Position numbers and translations under genes: made by a program. This document shows, one piece after another, positions 19,689-29,669 of a DNA stretch of 64,000 nucleotides. The first letter of the stretch is position 1. Every line of letters starts with the position of its first letter. The stretch covers positions 911 through 64,910 of the forward strand of contig JANRJY010000081.1 in the NCBI GenBank assembly GCA_033763735.1, read 5' to 3'. The notes under the pieces were generated by a model. It saw only the letters and a program-made list of their open reading frames with translations. It did not search any database and was not told the origin of the DNA. Source of the DNA: Bacteroidota bacterium. GTDB taxonomy: Bacteria; Bacteroidota; Bacteroidia; Cytophagales; UBA9547.

Positions 19689-21902
19689 TTAAACCTCAAA
19701 CCCAATCACCATTATATCGTCTGTTTGTTCGGTGTTTCCTTTCCATTGATTAAAAGTGGTTTCAATAGCCATGAGTCGTTTGTCTTCAGGCATTGTACTA
19801 ACTTTTACAAGTAATTCACGGAAGTGATTGTATAAGAACTTATTGGCTCCTCCTTCACCTCCAAATTGGCCTGCAAATCCGTCTGAAAAAATATAAAATT
19901 GATCATCTTTTTGAATATCAATTTCATTATTAACAAAAGTCGCATTTCTCCCTCCTCTTTGCAATCCAATACCGAATTTATCTCCTTTAATTTGGATTAT
20001 ATCACCATTGCGCAATATGTAAAGTGGATTATTTGCCCCTGCAAAATGTATTTTGTTATTCCTTTTATCAATCATGCAAAGCGAAATGTCCATCCCATCT
20101 TTCGACATGGCTCCTTCTTTATCTTGATGTAAAGTTGTAACCAAGTTTTCGCTTAATTGGGTTAATATTTCACCTGGAGTTATAGTTAGCCCTTTGTCCA
20201 CAATTTGATTGAGCAAATTATATCCAATCAACGACATAAAAGCACCTGCCACTCCATGCCCGGTACAATCCACAGCAGCTATATAAGTAATACCGTTTCG
20301 GTGATAAAACCAATAAAAGTCGCCACTCACTATATCTTTAGGTTTATAAAACACGAAGAAAGATTTGAAATAATCATTGATTAAATCGAGAGGAGGAAGG
20401 ATGGAATCTTGTATGAATTTTGAAGTGACTATACTATCTGTAACCTCAGTGTAAAGTTCGCTTATTTTATATGATTGCCTTTCAAGCTCATTGCTTTGCT
20501 TTTGCAATTCTTCGTTTTGAGTTAATATTTCTTCTTTTTGCTGGTTGATTTCTTCCGTACGTTCTCTTACTTTTAGTTCAAGTTCTTTATTTATATTTTC
20601 TTGAATTCTTCTGTTGATTTCCAATTGTTCAATAAGTTTTGCTTGATTTTGTTCATTGTCAGATTTCAGATGTTTGATTTTATCGGCAAGTGCAACGGAT
20701 ATAAAAATCATGTGGATAGAAGCCGTGATGTAATAATAAAATCCTACCAACCATCCTGAAGTAATATAATCTATGAACTGACCATAAATTGGAATTCCAG
20801 GAATCAGTGAATCTGGAAAGCTTCCGTAACTATATTGACTATATAATCCTAAAAACAACACTAAGTGTCCAAAGAAAAAATAAAGGATGAATCTTTTCTT
20901 TTCAATGTAAAATCGGAAAAATATTAAAATTGTAAGTGAGAGAAGAATATATGCATCTATGGGTTGGCAAATGATTCTAAAATATCTGGCATCACCGGAA
21001 AGAAAAATTAACAAATATAAAACGGTTCTAAAAAGTATAAATACCAATGATAAATAATAAACCGATTTCTGTTTTGATTTTAATTCCAAAAAATAACTTA
21101 CAAAAAGTACAATAGAAATAATGAGGCCATATCTACTCAAATCTAATGCTATAAAGTTAAACTCAGGATGGTTTGGCCAATAATACATAAAACCAAATCC
21201 ATCTGTCAATACCATGATTAATTCAAAAGCAATAAAAAAAACATAGTATATATATGACACCTCCCGAAGTGATACAAAAAAGAAAAAACTAAGTGTAAGA
21301 GCAAAAACAAAAAATCCCATGAAAAGTCCTTTTTCATAATTTTCTCTAAGGGTATAATTCAAAAATTTCACATAATTTCTTACTATGATATATGAATAAG
21401 ATCTGCCTGAGCCATAAATCCTTAAATAATATGTCTTTGTTTCTTTAGGAGCTAGGGTAATTACAAATAACGGATTTTTGTGTTCAATGGGGCGTGAATG
21501 AAAACGGTATTCAGTACCCATCGAATCAACCATATATTCATTTCTGAAATTGGGGTAATATTGCCATAGTTTTTTGTTTCCATAATTATAATTTTCAAAA
21601 TAAAAGTTAGCATAATCTACCGAATCAGGATTATGAATTTGAATCGCATACCAAAAAAAATACATTTTACTTTCAGGATAATTTTTCCAATACTCTTCTC
21701 CTAAAAGTTTTTTATCGAATTTTATTTCACCTTTCAAAACGTCATTTAAGGATATTTTTCCAATGGAGTCGGCATAAAAATACATATATTGATTTACTTG
21801 AATTATTTCTTTGTTTTTGTCAAGAATCAAGGTATCAGACGAGCCATAGATTACCTGTGAAATGACAATAGAACAAATAAAAAGTGAAAAATTTTTTAAC
21901 AT
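19689..21902 (-). CDS. 7TM-DISM receptor fused to SpoIIE/PP2C phosphatase
   Basis: DISMED2-like extracellular domain (TYYLRI), seven hydrophobic helices, coiled coil LELKVRERT, SGDFYW, DCTGHGV, DGMD, SDG, QTDDI. Confidence 0.88.
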   Translation of the reverse strand: MLKNFSLFICSIVISQVIYGSSDTLILDKNKEIIQVNQYMYFYADSIGKISLNDVLKGEIKFDKKLLGEEYWKNYPESKMYFFWYAIQIHNPDSVDYANFYFENYNYGNKKLWQYYPNFRNEYMVDSMGTEYRFHSRPIEHKNPLFVITLAPKETKTYYLRIYGSGRSYSYIIVRNYVKFLNYTLRENYEKGLFMGFFVFALTLSFFFFVSLREVSYIYYVFFIAFELIMVLTDGFGFMYYWPNHPEFNFIALDLSRYGLIISIVLFVSYFLELKSKQKSVYYLSLVFILFRTVLYLLIFLSGDARYFRIICQPIDAYILLSLTILIFFRFYIEKKRFILYFFFGHLVLFLGLYSQYSYGSFPDSLIPGIPIYGQFIDYITSGWLVGFYYYITASIHMIFISVALADKIKHLKSDNEQNQAKLIEQLEINRRIQENINKELELKVRERTEEINQQKEEILTQNEELQKQSNELERQSYKISELYTEVTDSIVTSKFIQDSILPPLDLINDYFKSFFVFYKPKDIVSGDFYWFYHRNGITYIAAVDCTGHGVAGAFMSLIGYNLLNQIVDKGLTITPGEILTQLSENLVTTLHQDKEGAMSKDGMDISLCMIDKRNNKIHFAGANNPLYILRNGDIIQIKGDKFGIGLQRGGRNATFVNNEIDIQKDDQFYIFSDGFAGQFGGEGGANKFLYNHFRELLVKVSTMPEDKRLMAIETTFNQWKGNTEQTDDIMVIGFEV

Positions 21903-21946
21903 ATAATAGTTTAAGAAATTGTATATGAAACGGAAATAGGAAGTAA

Positions 21947-22627
21947 TTAGTTTTGAGTGTTTGATTTGACGAATGTAGTGTAAAATTCTTTTAAGTAATT
22001 TGGCTCAAAAAGCTCTAAATTTTCGAACCATTCTTCCTTAAAGAATAATTCTGCAATTGTACCAACACTAGCGGCTGAAGCCTTACTATCTATATGAAAA
22101 TAGGCGTTTGGATGGCTAATCACTTCTGAACATTTATTAGCACCATTTCCAATAAAAAGTACTTTATTTTCCTTTAAATAATTATGTAAAAATTGCTTGT
22201 CAATAATTTCTGCAGCATCAGGTTTTACATTTTTGTTATTTTCATCATATAACCCATAATAAATTTCCATTCTGCGGGCATCAATTGTTGGGCAAATCAA
22301 AAAACCATTAATTCGATATTGATAAGCCAAAGCTTGTAATGTGTTTACTCCAATAAGTGGTTTGTCCAATGCAAAACACAATCCTTTGGCAGTGGAAGAA
22401 GCTATTCGCAATCCAGTATATGATCCAGGGCCTTTACTAACCGCAATAGCATCTGTTTGATGCAAGGATTTTCCGGCTATTTCAAAACAATTTTTTATTA
22501 GAAGGATAATTTTTTCAGCGTGGGATTTCTCTTTTAGGGATTCACTCAAAGCAACTAATTTGCCATCGTCATGCAATGCAACCGAACAGTTTTCGGTGGA
22601 AGTTTCCAATGAAAGAATCAATGCCAT
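21947..22627 (-). CDS. tsaB: t6A biosynthesis protein TsaB
   Basis: LSLETST, GPGSYTGLRI, IDARRME. Confidence 0.96.
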   Translation of the reverse strand: MALILSLETSTENCSVALHDDGKLVALSESLKEKSHAEKIILLIKNCFEIAGKSLHQTDAIAVSKGPGSYTGLRIASSTAKGLCFALDKPLIGVNTLQALAYQYRINGFLICPTIDARRMEIYYGLYDENNKNVKPDAAEIIDKQFLHNYLKENKVLFIGNGANKCSEVISHPNAYFHIDSKASAASVGTIAELFFKEEWFENLELFEPNYLKEFYTTFVKSNTQN

Positions 22628-22634
22628 AACTATC

Positions 22635-23159
22635 CTAAGTATCTCCGTAATACAAATCTATAAATCCTTCGGGAAGCTCAACCTGAATTTCTCTTTTTCG
22701 ATTGAGAACTTTTGTAATGAAATTACTTCTGATGGGAATAAATAGCTCATTTTTATCTTTTGTTACAGCCAGCAACTCATTTCCTGGGTTATCAAAGTAT
22801 GCACTAACATTGCCAATGAATCCAATAGATTTATCTATGACCTTATAATTAATAAGAGCTTCATATGAAATATTGTCAAGATCTTCCGGATTGGCTTTAT
22901 TGGATGGTATCAATAATGAATTTCCAATGAGTTTTCTTACAGCAACATCCGTATCAATGTCTTCCAGCTTTATTATGGCTTTGTTGCTGTTAATTGATAG
23001 CTCTTTAACGAAAAATGGAACCGGAATTTCATTAATCGTAATGAAAACCGATTCCATTTTGGAATAAAATTTAGGGTTTGAGGAGAAAATTATTGCTGAA
23101 AATTGTCCCTTAAATCCATGGGCTTTGCTGATTTTACCCAAAAGGTAATAATCATCCAT
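22635..23159 (-). CDS. rimM: Ribosome maturation factor RimM
   Basis: GKISKAHGFKG, VPFF, PRC barrel, LPEG; downstream of rpsP. Confidence 0.93.
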   Translation of the reverse strand: MDDYYLLGKISKAHGFKGQFSAIIFSSNPKFYSKMESVFITINEIPVPFFVKELSINSNKAIIKLEDIDTDVAVRKLIGNSLLIPSNKANPEDLDNISYEALINYKVIDKSIGFIGNVSAYFDNPGNELLAVTKDKNELFIPIRSNFITKVLNRKREIQVELPEGFIDLYYGDT

Positions 23160-23167
23160 ATGTGCAA

Positions 23168-23845
23168 TTATGCTTTTGGTGCTTCTTCTTCAGGAGCTAC
23201 TGCATCAGGAGTTGATTCCGATGCTGCTTCAGCAACAACTTCCACAACAGGTGCTGTTTCAACTACATTTTCTACAACAGGTGCTGTTTCAACTACATTT
23301 TCTACAACAGGAACTGAATCAATTGCAACTTCAGCAACAGTAGCTGTCTCAGTTACTGCTTCAGCAGTAGGTTCTACAGTTTCGACAACTTTATTTTTAT
23401 TTTTTATAGCTTCTTCTCGAGCAGCATTCACTTGAATTTCAGCTTCCAAACGAGCTTTAGCCGATTTGGATTTTTGATCCGCAAGTTTATTCTTCTTAGA
23501 TTCAATTTTTCCAATTTTGTTGTCTATCCAAGCTTGCAGTTTTTTGTCGGCATCTTCCTGAGTAATAGCGCCTTTATTTACACCTACTTGAAGATGTTTT
23601 TTGTACAACAAACCTTTATAAGAAAGCATTGCCTTAACAGTGTCAGTAGGTGTGGCACCTTTCATCAACCATTCGAAAGCTTTATCTTCCTGTAATTCTA
23701 TAGTAGCAGGATTTGTATTGGGATTGTAAATTCCTATTTTTTCAATGAATTTCCCATCACGTGGGTATCTTGAGTCAGCAATTACTACATCAAACAATGC
23801 TAATTTTTTGCGACCTTTTCTGGATAATCTGATTTTTACTGACAT
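23168..23845 (-). CDS. rpsP: 30S ribosomal protein S16 with long acidic C-terminal extension
   Basis: MSVKIRLSRKGRKK, ADSRYPRDGKFIE, GATPTDTV. Confidence 0.98.
   Translation of the reverse strand: MSVKIRLSRKGRKKLALFDVVIADSRYPRDGKFIEKIGIYNPNTNPATIELQEDKAFEWLMKGATPTDTVKAMLSYKGLLYKKHLQVGVNKGAITQEDADKKLQAWIDNKIGKIESKKNKLADQKSKSAKARLEAEIQVNAAREEAIKNKNKVVETVEPTAEAVTETATVAEVAIDSVPVVENVVETAPVVENVVETAPVVEVVAEAASESTPDAVAPEEEAPKA
23244..23311. repeat. 30-bp tandem repeat (2.3 copies) in the rpsP tail
   Basis: acaacaggtgctgtttcaactacattttct twice plus acaacagg; encodes PVVENVVETA repeats. Confidence 0.95.
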
Positions 23846-23861
23846 ATAAGTTAATTTATTT

Positions 23862-23876
23862 GCAGAACCCGTCTGC
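23862..23876 (-). promoter_or_regulatory. Hairpin in rpsP 5' UTR, candidate ribosomal-protein leader
   Basis: Minus strand GCAGA-CGGGT-TCTGC between the -7 promoter box and the start codon, in otherwise AT-rich sequence. Confidence 0.45.
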
Positions 23877-23892
23877 GTTAAATTTTGGGCTG

Positions 23893-23900
23893 CAAATATA
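23893..23900 (-). promoter_or_regulatory. Bacteroidota -7 promoter box of rpsP
   Basis: TATATTTG matches TAnnTTTG. Confidence 0.65.
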
Positions 23901-24046
23901 GGAATAATTTATATATAACAATATTTTTTGCAAACTTTTGAATTTCTGAGTTCAATAAATACGTTATTAATAAAACCTGACTTGCATATATATGAATGTT
24001 TCAAGCATAAAACTAGCCAAGTAAAGCATTTTCAATATTCTTTTGA

Positions 24047-24661
24047 TTATAACTTCTCCAACAACAACTTTAATCCAAATACAATCAGAGCAATTCCGGA
24101 AATGCGATTGAGCCATTTGAGCACATTATCGTGCAAAAGGTCGCTTAAGCGCTGTGCAAGGTATATTTTGAGCAAATCTGTTAAAAAAACAGTAAGTACT
24201 GTGCAACTAAAAAATAATGCTACCTTATTATTGTAATATTCCAAATCCAAAGATGCAACGCCTACTGCCCCTATCCAAAAGAAAAACACTCCGGGGTTTA
24301 TAAAATTTAGGGTAAATCCTTTTAGAAAATATTTGAGCCTGTCCTTTTTCGAAAATTCTATTTCAGAATTTTCGGCATGAGCTGTTTTTTTGAATATACT
24401 ATAAGCACCAAATGCTATAAGTAAAGCACCTCCACCTATGCCCATTATTTTAATAACCCATTCATTGTCAGAATATTGCGCCAATCCTAAATATGTTATG
24501 GTAACATACATTGCATCACTAAGTGACACACCAATAGCTGTATAAAATGCTGGAAGAAAACCTCTTTTGATAGATGTTTGGATTAATAAAAAAAATACAG
24601 GACCAATTAATAATGCAAGTGCAAAACCTAAGCCAACTCCTTTAAATATAATAGGCAACAT
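24047..24661 (-). CDS. LysE/RhtB family translocator
   Basis: IGPVFFLLIQTSIKRGF, GVSLSD, GFTLNFINP, NRISG. Confidence 0.9.
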   Translation of the reverse strand: MLPIIFKGVGLGFALALLIGPVFFLLIQTSIKRGFLPAFYTAIGVSLSDAMYVTITYLGLAQYSDNEWVIKIMGIGGGALLIAFGAYSIFKKTAHAENSEIEFSKKDRLKYFLKGFTLNFINPGVFFFWIGAVGVASLDLEYYNNKVALFFSCTVLTVFLTDLLKIYLAQRLSDLLHDNVLKWLNRISGIALIVFGLKLLLEKL

Positions 24662-24664
24662 TTA

Positions 24665-26251
24665 CTAATTAGAAAGAGAAATCTCAGGTAAGGTTTTGTA
24701 GGATTCTTTCTTGATAAAATGTTCCCAATCCTTTAAAGTATCTTTTTTTAATACCCTTGGAAATTTGTTAGCCCCACCTTCTTTACCTTTGGATTTCATC
24801 CATTTATAAAACAAATCGGATGGTAATACATTAATAAAAACATCCTTCAATGCGGATAACCTTTCTGTGCGATAATCATCATTGAGTTCCATCAAATAGT
24901 TGTCAAGCTTTATCTTCAATAATTCTTCATCTACCTGTGTATCAACCCCAATATACCATTTGTGTGCAAACATGGTATCAAAAGGTATACCGGCAACAGC
25001 AAATTCTTTTACCGTGATGTTCAAATCTTCAGATACCATTTGAATAGCTTTGTTCATGTTATCAACCGAAAGATGTTCCCCACAAAGACTAATAAAATGC
25101 TTGGTGCGTCCGGTGATTGCAATTTCAGCATTTTTCTTATTGATAAATCGAATCGTATCACCAATTAAGTACCTCCAAGTACCTGCTACAGTTGTAATTA
25201 AGATAGCATAGTCAATACCTTCTTTGACATTGTTGATTAAAAGGGTTTCGCAATTGGGCAACAGCTCGCCTTCATCATTGAAATTGTCAGAATTAAAAGG
25301 AACAAATTCAAAAAATATGCCATTATTCAATATTAATCTAAGAGGTTTTTCAGGCTCCATTTGCAAAGCCAAAAATCCTTCTGAAGCCAAGTATGTTTCA
25401 ATATAAATCAATGGTTTACCTAATAATTTCTCGAAACCGGTTTTATAAGGTTCAAAAGCGACTCCACCATAGGCAAATACCGTAAGATTGGGCCATATAT
25501 CATGAATGGTTTTTACTTTATAATAAGCAATTATTTTTTCGAACAATAATTGCATCCACGAGGGCACACCTGCTACATATCCAATATCCCAGCTTTTGGC
25601 TTTTTTGGTAATCAAATCCAGTTTCTGTGACCAATCTTTAGTTTTTGCAATTTTTTTGCCGGGTTTATAAAATATATTAAACCATCTTGGCAATCTGCTA
25701 GTCATAATTCCACTCAAGTCACCATGATAACTACCTTCTTTAACTTGAAGTGAAGTACTTCCACCCAACATAAGCACACCTCTGGTAAAAATATCAGTAG
25801 GGAGTTCATAGTTTCTGAGTGACAGTAATTGTCGTACTCCTGTTTTTTTGATAGCTTTGAGCATATCATTGGTAATTGGAATGTGCTTACTTGCAGATTC
25901 TGAAGTGCCTGAACTTAATGCATAAATATTAACTTTCCCCGGCCACGCTACATCTTCTTCACCTTGAAGTGCACGATGCCACCATTCACTAAAAATTTTG
26001 TTATAACTGTGTACCGGTACATTTTCTTTAAATATATCGTAATAATAACTTGGTGTGTGCGAATAGTGGTAACTGTTAAGAATTACTTCAAACTTATATT
26101 TCTGACCAAACTGTGTATGTTTGGCAGTTTTTAACATTTTTTGTAATTCTCTTTTTTGTTGTTCGTAATTAGATAACCTTGATTTTCCAAGCAGTCTTTT
26201 CAAAACAGGCACCTTTACGCTTCTTGTGTACAAATCTCCCAGCGAAGGCAT
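24665..26251 (-). CDS. GH3 auxin-responsive family acyl-adenylate synthetase
   Basis: ALSSGTS, SKHIP, TYLASEGF, GTWRYLIGD, ITGRTK, NKFPR. Confidence 0.92.
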   Translation of the reverse strand: MPSLGDLYTRSVKVPVLKRLLGKSRLSNYEQQKRELQKMLKTAKHTQFGQKYKFEVILNSYHYSHTPSYYYDIFKENVPVHSYNKIFSEWWHRALQGEEDVAWPGKVNIYALSSGTSESASKHIPITNDMLKAIKKTGVRQLLSLRNYELPTDIFTRGVLMLGGSTSLQVKEGSYHGDLSGIMTSRLPRWFNIFYKPGKKIAKTKDWSQKLDLITKKAKSWDIGYVAGVPSWMQLLFEKIIAYYKVKTIHDIWPNLTVFAYGGVAFEPYKTGFEKLLGKPLIYIETYLASEGFLALQMEPEKPLRLILNNGIFFEFVPFNSDNFNDEGELLPNCETLLINNVKEGIDYAILITTVAGTWRYLIGDTIRFINKKNAEIAITGRTKHFISLCGEHLSVDNMNKAIQMVSEDLNITVKEFAVAGIPFDTMFAHKWYIGVDTQVDEELLKIKLDNYLMELNDDYRTERLSALKDVFINVLPSDLFYKWMKSKGKEGGANKFPRVLKKDTLKDWEHFIKKESYKTLPEISLSN

Positions 26252-26280
26252 ACTTAATATTAATTTAATGCAAAAATAAG

Positions 26281-28200
26281 CTAAAATTTTACAATATCTT
26301 GTAACATCAATTTAGCCGATTCAAATATAGCCAATGAATCATATCCACATTCCACATATAATTCATTTTGTTCACCATGCTCCACAATTTTATCCGGAAT
26401 ACCTAATCGTTTAACCTGACAAGTATATTCATTATCTGCCATAAACTCCAATACTGCACTTCCAAATCCACCTTGAAGGCATCCGTCTTCAACGGTAATA
26501 ATTTTATCGAAATTTTTAAATACATGATGCAACATATCTTCATCAATCGGTTTTACAAATCTCATATCATAATGAGCCACATCCAGGCCTTCCAAATCAA
26601 GCATATTGCATGCTTTAACTACCTCATTACCAATGTGTCCTATGGATAATATTGCTATTTCTTTGCCTTCTTTAATAATCTGTCCTTTACCAACTGCTAT
26701 TTGTTCAAATGGCTTTTGCCAATCAGGAATCACACCTTGTCCTCTTGGGTATCGAATAGTAAAAGGATGAGGTGTAAAAGTAGCTGTGTACATTAAATTG
26801 CGCAACTCTATTTCATTCATAGGTGCAGCCACAATCATATTAGGAAGGCATCTCATATATGCTAAGTCATAGGCACCATGGTGTGTTGGTCCATCAGCTC
26901 CGGCAAGTCCGGCTCTATCCAAACAAAATATAACATGCAAATCTTGCAAACACACATCATGCACTACCTGGTCAAAAGCACGTTGCATAAATGATGAATA
27001 AATGTTGCAAAAAGGAATTAATCCTTGGGTTGCCAAGCCTGCAGAAAAGGTAACCGCATGCTGTTCTGCTATACCTACATCAAATGCTCTATCAGGCATT
27101 TCAGCCATCATAATATTAAGCGATGAACCTGTAGGCATTGCAGGTGTTATGCCCATAATTTTATCATTAGATTTTGCCAATTCAACTATTGAAAGGCCAA
27201 ATACATCTTGATATTTAGGTGGTTGTGGACCTTGAAATAATTTTTTTTGAAACTCTCCTGTAATCTTATCAAATTTCATCCCCGGCGAATGCCAAAAAGT
27301 AGGGTTTCCTTCCTCAGCAAATTTATAACCTTTACCTTTAGTAGTTACACAATGCAATAATTTTGGTCCTGGTATATTTTTTAAATCATTCAATATATCA
27401 ACCAAATGGTGAACATCATGCCCATCAATAGGTCCAAAATAACGCAAATGAAGCGATTCGAAAAGATTGCTATGCTTCATAAATGCCGCCTTGATGCTCC
27501 CTTCAATAGTGGAGGCAATTGATTGAGCTGAAGTTCCAAATTTGCTTATTTTGCCCAACCACTTCCAAACCTCATCTCTTAATTGATTGTAAGTGCGTGA
27601 GGTTGTAATATCTGTTAAGTAGTCTTTCAAAGCACCCACATTAGGGTCAATGGCCATGCAATTGTCATTAAGAATAATGAGCAAGTTGGAATTGGTAACT
27701 CCCGCATGATTCATCGCTTCAAAAGCCATACCGGCAGTCATAGCACCATCACCAATTACAGCTATATGTTGTTTGTTTTTATCATTTTGATAGTTGGAGG
27801 CCACTGCCATTCCCAATGCAGCTGAAATTGATGTAGACGAATGTCCTACTCCAAATGCATCAAATGGACTTTCACTACGTTTAGGGAATCCGGATATTCC
27901 TTTGTATTTTCTATTTGTATGAAAATTATTTTTTCGTCCGGTTAATATTTTGTGTCCATAGGCTTGATGACCCACATCCCAAACCAACAAATCATTGGGC
28001 GTATCAAACACATAATGTAGCGCTACGGTTAGTTCTACTACGCCCAAACTTGCGCCAAAATGACCTCCATATACGGAAACATTGTCAATGATATATTGTC
28101 GAAGCTCGAAGCAAATTTGATTTAATTCGTCTTTGGTTAATTTTTTCAAATCTTCCGGATTGGAAATTTGAGATAATAATGGACCAGGTTCTACAAGCAT
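26281..28200 (-). CDS. dxs: 1-deoxy-D-xylulose-5-phosphate synthase
   Basis: GGHFGASLG, WDVGHQAYGHK, GDGAMT, GIAEQHAV, DRAG, DGPTHHG. Confidence 0.98.
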   Translation of the reverse strand: MLVEPGPLLSQISNPEDLKKLTKDELNQICFELRQYIIDNVSVYGGHFGASLGVVELTVALHYVFDTPNDLLVWDVGHQAYGHKILTGRKNNFHTNRKYKGISGFPKRSESPFDAFGVGHSSTSISAALGMAVASNYQNDKNKQHIAVIGDGAMTAGMAFEAMNHAGVTNSNLLIILNDNCMAIDPNVGALKDYLTDITTSRTYNQLRDEVWKWLGKISKFGTSAQSIASTIEGSIKAAFMKHSNLFESLHLRYFGPIDGHDVHHLVDILNDLKNIPGPKLLHCVTTKGKGYKFAEEGNPTFWHSPGMKFDKITGEFQKKLFQGPQPPKYQDVFGLSIVELAKSNDKIMGITPAMPTGSSLNIMMAEMPDRAFDVGIAEQHAVTFSAGLATQGLIPFCNIYSSFMQRAFDQVVHDVCLQDLHVIFCLDRAGLAGADGPTHHGAYDLAYMRCLPNMIVAAPMNEIELRNLMYTATFTPHPFTIRYPRGQGVIPDWQKPFEQIAVGKGQIIKEGKEIAILSIGHIGNEVVKACNMLDLEGLDVAHYDMRFVKPIDEDMLHHVFKNFDKIITVEDGCLQGGFGSAVLEFMADNEYTCQVKRLGIPDKIVEHGEQNELYVECGYDSLAIFESAKLMLQDIVKF

Positions 28201-28306
28201 TCGCAAAAACTAAACTGTAAATTTACAAAATTTTAAATTAATTAGATAAAAAACAATAAACTAGTACTTTTGTTGTAAGGTTACATATTTATTTTTATTT
28301 GGATAA

Positions 28307-28825
28307 ATGGTTATGAAGTCTAAAGAAGTATTAGTTGGTATAATAATGGGTAGCTCATCAGACCTTGGAGTGATGAAAGAAGCTGCAGAAGTGCTTGATA
28401 AGTTGGATATTACGTATGAGTTAACAATAGTATCTGCACATCGTACACCTCAGCGCATGTTTGAATATGCCCAAACTGCCGAATCGAGAGGATTAAAAAT
28501 TATTATTGCAGGGGCAGGAGGGGCCGCTCATTTACCGGGAATGGTTGCAGCTATTTGTTTGCTTCCTGTAATTGGCGTACCAATAAAATCTTCAAATTCC
28601 CTCGAAGGTTGGGATTCTATTCTTTCCATATTACAAATGCCGGGTGGGATTCCGGTAGCCACTGTTGCATTGGATGGAGCAAAAAACGCAGGAATTCTTG
28701 CTGCCCAAATATTAGCTATATCGCATCCAAACGTAGCCAAAAAACTCAAAATGTTCCGTCAAGGAATGAGCGATATGGTAGAAAAATCAATCTCTGAAGT
28801 TGAGAAAAAGTATGGTAAAAAATAA
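28307..28825 (+). CDS. purE: N5-CAIR mutase
   Basis: [34 protein letters not shown]. Confidence 0.98.
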   Translation: MVMKSKEVLVGIIMGSSSDLGVMKEAAEVLDKLDITYELTIVSAHRTPQRMFEYAQTAESRGLKIIIAGAGGAAHLPGMVAAICLLPVIGVPIKSSNSLEGWDSILSILQMPGGIPVATVALDGAKNAGILAAQILAISHPNVAKKLKMFRQGMSDMVEKSISEVEKKYGKK

Positions 28826-29401
28826 ATGAAATTTGTTGCGTTTGCATTGTCATTTTTAATTGGCAATCTGTTAATTGCACAAGTCGACACCATCATTGTT
28901 ACACAACATTTGCTCCCATTTGGTTACATATATCCGGAGCAAGAACGCAATCCGGATGTGGTAATAATTCATTCAAGCTATTGTTCAGAGCAAAAAGATA
29001 GTTTTAACCTTCAGTGTATTCTTGATTTATATAAAAAATACGATGTGGGAGCACATTATATTATTGATCGTGAAGGCATTATATTTGAACTTATTGATGA
29101 ATGCCTTATAGCTCACCATGCAGGCAAAGGCACCTTGCCTGATAATGACAACAGAACCAATACGCGATCAATAGGGATAGAGCTAATCAATACAAAAAAT
29201 AGCGATTATACAGTTGCGCAATATTTGTCTTTAGCTTATTTACTTAAGGATATAGATAGCAGATGGAATATAAAGTATACTCTAGGTCATAGTGACATAG
29301 CAGCTGTTCGAAAAACCGACCCTTGGAAATTTGACTGGAATAAATTAAAAGAAAAAAAAGCAACTTTTAATCCAACTCAAACTTATATCTTACGCCTTTA
29401 A
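28826..29401 (+). CDS. Exported N-acetylmuramoyl-L-alanine amidase (Amidase_2)
   Basis: Signal peptide; IIHSS, AHYII, AHHAG, SIGIEL, GHSDIA, RKTDP. Confidence 0.9.
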   Translation: MKFVAFALSFLIGNLLIAQVDTIIVTQHLLPFGYIYPEQERNPDVVIIHSSYCSEQKDSFNLQCILDLYKKYDVGAHYIIDREGIIFELIDECLIAHHAGKGTLPDNDNRTNTRSIGIELINTKNSDYTVAQYLSLAYLLKDIDSRWNIKYTLGHSDIAAVRKTDPWKFDWNKLKEKKATFNPTQTYILRL

Positions 29402-29411
29402 TGGTTTTGAT
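29368..29411. repeat. 44-bp direct repeat, left copy (att-like duplicate of the response regulator 3' end)
   Basis: taatccaactcaaacttatatcTtacgcctttaatggttttgat; 43/44 identical to 30144-30187. Confidence 0.95.
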
Positions 29412-29437
29412 ATAGGTTAGGAAATTATCAAAAAAAA

Positions 29438-29573
29438 TCCACCCCCTGCCCCCGCCAGCGGGGGACAAAGTACCAAAGAATAACATTTCAAAAAAACATT
29501 AAGTACTTTAATAAAATTAATGAAGACAACGAGTAAGAAACCATATCCCCCTTTTGAGGGGGTAGGGGGAGGA
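29438..29573. repeat. Inverted pair of 29-nt GC-rich REP-like palindromes (REPIN/MITE-like)
   Basis: tccaccccctgcccccgccagcgggggac (29438-29466) and reverse complement of 29545-29573 (tcctccccctaccccctcaaaagggggat) share the architecture TCCwCCCCCTrCCCCC-N6-GGGGGAy. Confidence 0.8.
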
Positions 29574-29669
29574 AAAGAAGCCTTTCGCAATATACCAAAA
29601 CCATTTCCATATTTAATAACCAAACGACACAAGTGCCTCTTAGCTAATGCTTATTGAGTTGAGGTAGAT

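Noticed and set aside
29417-29632. 71-aa minus-strand ORF in the ORF track
   Set aside because: Its Pro/Gly runs are translations of the REP palindromes; no protein-like signal
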